From NCBI GenBank assembly GCA_050246315.1, contig JBFWWG010000001.1, forward strand, positions 384,001 to 448,000: 64,000 nt of DNA, in the 5' to 3' direction. The position numbers were made by a program, and so were the translations under genes. This document shows, piece by piece, positions 59,721-64,000 of this stretch. A model generated the notes under the pieces. That model was not told the origin of the DNA, ran no database searches, and saw nothing but the letters and a program-made list of their open reading frames with translations. Origin of the DNA: Nitrospiraceae bacterium. Its GTDB lineage: Bacteria; Nitrospirota; Nitrospiria; Nitrospirales; Nitrospiraceae. Every line of letters starts with the position of its first letter. Within the stretch, counting starts at the first letter, position 1.

Positions 59721-60596
59721 TCATTCCTCTGGACGCGTCAACAGTGTGGAAAGGTTCCGATTCATGGTCTCGCTGGCCTCGTAGAGTGCGTCCTTGAGTG
59801 CGTCGTGAGTTGTCGTCAGGTATTCACGCCCGGAATCCGACTCCAGGAATTCGGCATAGCGCTCCATCTCCGCGTCGGTCAGGGTTTGATAGGTCAGAAG
59901 GAACGTCGCGACGGTGATCCGTTGTGATTGCGACCGAAGCTTCGGGCGGGCTTGATCAATTTGCACACGAAGGCGATCGATCCCCAACCGTTGGTCGACC
60001 GGCCGAGAGGCGTCCAAAACCGTTGCGACTCCAAAGGCCGAAGCCTCAGACAGATCGACCAGCGTCTCCGTCGCGTTGGTCGAATAGTCGAGACGACGGA
60101 CCAGTTTGAGGCGAGCCGCCTGGGGCGAATTCCTCTCCAGTTTGTCGAGGTCGATCTTTTCAAGCTGTGCCACAACCTGTTCAATCTGCTTTACCGACGA
60201 GACCCATCCCCGCTCCTCAAGCGCGCTGATCTTTCTCCCAAGGTCTGTCTGGAGCCACGCTACTATTTTGCCCGCCGTTTCTTTGGATAGATCCTTCGAC
60301 ACCTTGGCTGTCACGCGGCGCTCGATCTGATTGGCATCGAAGGCCTGCACCAGCGCCCGCCGCACGACGGCCTGACGTTTCGTGGCCAAGTTCCTGCTGC
60401 TGCTTCGGTCAAATCCGGCTAGCACATAATTAGGGATGGCATGGATCTGCTGTTGAACTCCCGTAAAACGTAGGACTTTGCTTGCCCGGACGGCACTTCC
60501 CTCAAAAACCTCCGCCGAGCTTGTATAGCCTGAGGTGATCCAAACGGCAGAGAGAGCACTGATTATGGCCACATGCCAGATTCTCATAACTCCCAC
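59721..60596 (-). CDS. Exported helical protein (DUF2059-like repeats)
   Basis: Signal peptide; WLQTDLGRKI and YQTLTDAEMERYAEFLESDSG segments. Confidence 0.65.
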   Translation of the reverse strand: MGVMRIWHVAIISALSAVWITSGYTSSAEVFEGSAVRASKVLRFTGVQQQIHAIPNYVLAGFDRSSSRNLATKRQAVVRRALVQAFDANQIERRVTAKVSKDLSKETAGKIVAWLQTDLGRKISALEERGWVSSVKQIEQVVAQLEKIDLDKLERNSPQAARLKLVRRLDYSTNATETLVDLSEASAFGVATVLDASRPVDQRLGIDRLRVQIDQARPKLRSQSQRITVATFLLTYQTLTDAEMERYAEFLESDSGREYLTTTHDALKDALYEASETMNRNLSTLLTRPEE

Positions 60597-60912
60597 CTCA
60601 GACTCGTAGCTGACGGCTGATTAGCACAGCCACCTGTGGACTAGTTCCAGCCGGTTCATACAATTATAGCCTGCCTTGAGGAGGCGGCAAGCTGCCCGTC
60701 ATCGGCTTCCAGTTCACGGTGTCGACTGAAGTGGGCGATTGATCTCGAAGGCATGGTTATGTCATTTGCTACACTTTCCAGGTTGACCGATTATGCAATC
60801 ACCAGTGGACAATTTATCTGAGGATGACAGGTTGCCATTAGACTCGAACAGAGGCGCGGGTGTCACGATCGACACAGACTGATGGGCGAACACTCACATG
60901 AGGGAGGAGAAC

Positions 60913-61281
60913 ATGCCGCGAAAAGCCACGGCTCAGGCCTCACAGCAGAACATCATTTCGATTGGAGCGGAGAAACGTCGCAATCTTCGGTATCCGGTTC
61001 AGTATCGGCTCCGGTACACCGGCAAGATTGGGAGCAGACATGTACGTGGCGAAGGGGTGTTGGTCGATGTGTCTCTCGAAGGATGCGGAATACAAGGAAG
61101 CTGCCCAGTTGAACAAGGACATCTGTTGACCCTTCAGATTGACCTTCCCCAGAAGAATCTTGTCATGACCTTGGAGCATGCTATTGTCCGATGGGCAAGC
61201 GGAGGCCGTTTTGGGATCGAATCCCCCGAATGTAGTCGACTTGCAGCGCAACTGGGGCTTGTACCCGCGGTGAACGACTGA
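60913..61281 (+). CDS. PilZ-domain protein
   Basis: EKRRNLR (RxxxR) and DVSLEG (DxSxxG), VRW, FGI. Confidence 0.88.
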   Translation: MPRKATAQASQQNIISIGAEKRRNLRYPVQYRLRYTGKIGSRHVRGEGVLVDVSLEGCGIQGSCPVEQGHLLTLQIDLPQKNLVMTLEHAIVRWASGGRFGIESPECSRLAAQLGLVPAVND

Positions 61282-61571
61282 TTAGCATGCTTCGCCGCCA
61301 GGTCACTCAACGGAGGGTCATCGGTTACGGAGGTTGTCGGCTCCAGACGAGACCCATTTCCCCTGCTAGAGGCTACCAGCTTTGCTTGTTGAGACACATC
61401 TCTCAGGCCTACCCGCTCCGATAGAGACCAGTTCCTCCTCGGATACTCCCACTAAATAGAGGAGCTTCCTGCTCCTTATGGAGGGTAGCGCTTTTCTGCT
61501 GGTCACATAAGCTTTACTGAGCGTTGGAGAGCGGGACCAGCGAGTGGCGGAGAAGGACAAGGAGGAGGACA

Positions 61572-62009
61572 ATGACGAAGCCAGAATGCTCGCAACAGTC
61601 GGAAGTTGACGCTTGCCAGGTTCAAGCCCTGCCCGAACAGCGTCGCGGTCAGCGTGTCGCTGATCCTTGTTATCTCACCTATTCAGGTGTGTCCGAGGAA
61701 CGAGTCGTTGTCGGGGAGGGAGCCGTAATCGATCTGTCCACCGAGGGATTCGGAGTTGAGGGAAGCCGAGAGGTTCAACCCGGCGCATTGCTGACGCTTT
61801 GCATTTGCCTCCCGGATGGAGAAATGCCGATCCTCATCGAGGAAGTTCGGGTGGCATGGGTGAGCGGGAAGCGATTCGGTGTGCAGTCTCTGGCGATCGG
61901 TCATGAGGAACGAAAGCGACTGATAGGGTTTGTCTGGAAGTACCTCGCACAGGGCGGGAGGAATATGCCGATGAGTATCTCCCTACCATGGGTGGCTGCG
62001 GCTGTGTAG
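61572..62009 (+). CDS. PilZ-domain protein
   Basis: EQRRGQR and DLSTEG, VAW, FGV. Confidence 0.88.
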   Translation: MTKPECSQQSEVDACQVQALPEQRRGQRVADPCYLTYSGVSEERVVVGEGAVIDLSTEGFGVEGSREVQPGALLTLCICLPDGEMPILIEEVRVAWVSGKRFGVQSLAIGHEERKRLIGFVWKYLAQGGRNMPMSISLPWVAAAV

Positions 62010-62512
62010 ACTTTTTCGGTCCGGTTCGCCACCGCAATTGGTTGGTTGCGATCGAGTGATTGCAGCCAACCCTTGGGTATACTACTCTTCGTCTACACGC
62101 AAACCATGGCCGAATCGGACCCAAGAGCTATTCCATCCGTGACACAGAGTCTAGCCTGGACTGCGGCTCTCTGAGGAGCGATCCCTCACATCCACTTTAG
62201 GGTCGGTGCAAGTCTGTCTTACAACCTCGCTCCGGAATTGGTTCATATTGCGCCTTCTGCGGAAGAGGCGGTTCAGATGATCAAAGATCTACTCTGGCGT
62301 CCAATTTTCCGGTCTTCAAAGTGGACGAAGAAGGCGCATTTGATCGGCTAGCTCGATCCTCTCAACAATCGCTGCAAGCAACCAGCTCGGCCCGGTCCGA
62401 AACCACATATCCGCCACAGGCTATCTCGTTGACCTCCGCGGCCTCGTGGACCTAATGCACGAAACATCGTTGTACTCGATAGTGACGCAAGGAGCCTCCG
62501 TTCGTCAGCGGT

Positions 62513-62840
62513 CTAGTAGGTTATTGAAATCGTGCTTCTTAGGACGCGGACCTCATCATGATCAGGATCTGACTCATGGATTCACGCACATGGGTGCGTC
62601 GCCCGACCCGCTTGGATCTTGCGTGCCGAGCTCTTGCAGTGGCGGCTATCGTCCTCTCATGCCGATGTCGGCCACGGCCTCAGGCGAGTCAGGCGCACCA
62701 GATTGTAGGCCGCGCCGACGAGGTAGGCGACATGCTGTGTGCGCACGACGCTGGCGAATGCCGTCAGCGGCCATTCGAAGATCCCGTCCACCCATTTGCA
62801 GATCCGTTGACTGAGTAGGATGCTGCAGGTGTTGGAGTGA
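62513..62840 (-). mobile_element. Degenerate IS5/IS1182-like remnant (3' end of transposase plus terminus)
   Basis: Manual translation SQRICKWVDGIFEW...RTQHVAYLVGAAYNLVRL (stop 62657..62659); end TTTCAATAACCTA-CTAG. Confidence 0.65.
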
Positions 62841-63262
62841 CGGTCGGGTCAGGGACCAGTCTTGTCGAAGGCGGAGAGGTGGAGCGTTTGCGGAGGGTAC
62901 ATTCCATGCCGGCAGCAATAGCCGGGATTAACCTGTGGATTTACGAATTGTCTTGTAGCAAGCCCGCTCGCTGTCCTTTCCAGCAACCTCAGAGGTCATC
63001 GTTGATGCTCATCACAACCGATGAGACGCTGTTCGATCGAGCATGGCCTGGTCGAAACCATGCGGAGCGCAGTAGGACCATATCGCCGACTTCAATATTA
63101 CGGATCACGATGGGACACGATGGCGCATTCTCTTCATGCCGGGGGTTAAACTATGTATGATCGTCGATCGCGGGAAGCCCCAAGAGGGTCAGTAATCCGA
63201 ACGTGTTCCAGGAGATCATGACCTGTGGGTTATGTGAGTTGAAGGTATACGTAATCATGCCG

Positions 63263-63597
63263 TGTATATGCTAGGGAAGGTCTGATCAATTCAAAATCCT
63301 AGGCCGCGATCCGCCAGATTTCCCGTCTTTTGTACACCTACCAATCGAAATTGGGAATTATTCAGACCTTCCCTAGAACTTAATCTGACAGTCCGGTAGC
63401 GTCCTCCCTTCATCGAAAGGAGTGAGGGCATGACGACTGAGCAGAAGATCATCAAGGCCAAAGTGGGCGTGTTGGAATTGGCGAAACAACTCGGCAATGT
63501 CTCGAAGGCCTGTCAGCTGATGGGCTATAGCCGGGACAGTTTCTATCGCTTCAAGGACCTGTATGAGACGGGAGGTGAGGCGGCCCTGGAGGTATAA
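63263..63597 (+). mobile_element. IS481-family element, left end and truncated transposase (63430..63597)
   Basis: TGT-starting end (TGTATATGCTAG|AACTTAATCTGACA once the MITE is removed); [42 protein letters not shown]. Confidence 0.85.
63275..63372. mobile_element. 98-bp IS5-type MITE, copy B, with CTAG target duplication
   Basis: Identical to 44769..44866; CTAG at 63271 and 63373. Confidence 0.92.
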
Positions 63598-64000
63598 AAA
63601 GAAGGCGTGGAAATAGGAAAAGGGCGGTGGCAACCTTCCGGGTGACCAAACCCACCGGGCTGATGCCCGGCCATGAAAGGAGGCACCGCCGTGAAGGAGC
63701 AGAGCACAGCAACGGGAGTTGAGTCAAGGAATCTCTGGGACCAGTTGGAGGAGTTTGCACGTGCCCACATCCAACGATTCATCCAGACTCTCTTGGAAGA
63801 AGAAGTCACCATGGGGTTGGGCCGGGGTAAGTCGGTGCGGCGCGAGGCTGCCGATGCACCGGAGGGATATCGCAACGGGTACGGGAAGCCCCGGAAGCTC
63901 GCGCTCACGTGTGGAACGATCACCGTGCGGCGGCCACGGGTCCGCGGCCTGGGGGAGCGATTCGTCAGCCGGCTCCTTCCCCTGTTTAAGCGGCGCACGA
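63588..64000 (+). mobile_element. IS256-family element (transposase from GTG 63691, cut by window edge)
   Basis: LLEEEVT...GYRNGYGKPRKL...GTITVRRPRVR...FVSRLLPLFKRRT; AGGAGG RBS; left end approximate. Confidence 0.88.

Overview
A ~60% GC bacterial chromosome window spanning the replication origin. Gene order and protein style suggest Nitrospira/Nitrospirota; this is inference, no search was run. Core genes: smpB, dciA-like, gyrA, gyrB, dnaN, dnaA, oriC (DnaA boxes, DnaA-trio tract and AT-rich unwinding element upstream of dnaA), three DsrE/F/H-like genes, hisS, tandem-domain thyX and a TPR gene. Left arm (1-23 kb, almost all minus strand): beta-carbonic anhydrase, an NDH-2/cNMP/CBS fusion, Kelch protein, tkt, ROK kinase, debranching enzyme, a redox/electrophile-stress operon with a palindromic operator, several gene remnants, and a Type II R-M pair whose MTase carries an N-terminal wHTH. 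Right arm: a DAB/Mps-type inorganic-carbon pump operon (NuoL-like, NuoM-like, DUF2309, PII-like), then selO, ettA, tldDE, two PilZ genes and a nested IS cluster (IS5-type MITE and IS256 inside an IS481). Two signals stand out. (1) A riboswitch-like leader with an overlapping intrinsic terminator precedes the DAB operon, next to a divergent DUF2294/MpsC gene and a decayed carbonic anhydrase. (2) A dispersed ~250-290 bp non-coding element (6 copies) has terminal inverted repeats and several internal stems that covary between copies; one copy splits a lipoprotein gene. No rRNA, tRNA or CRISPR array was recognised.
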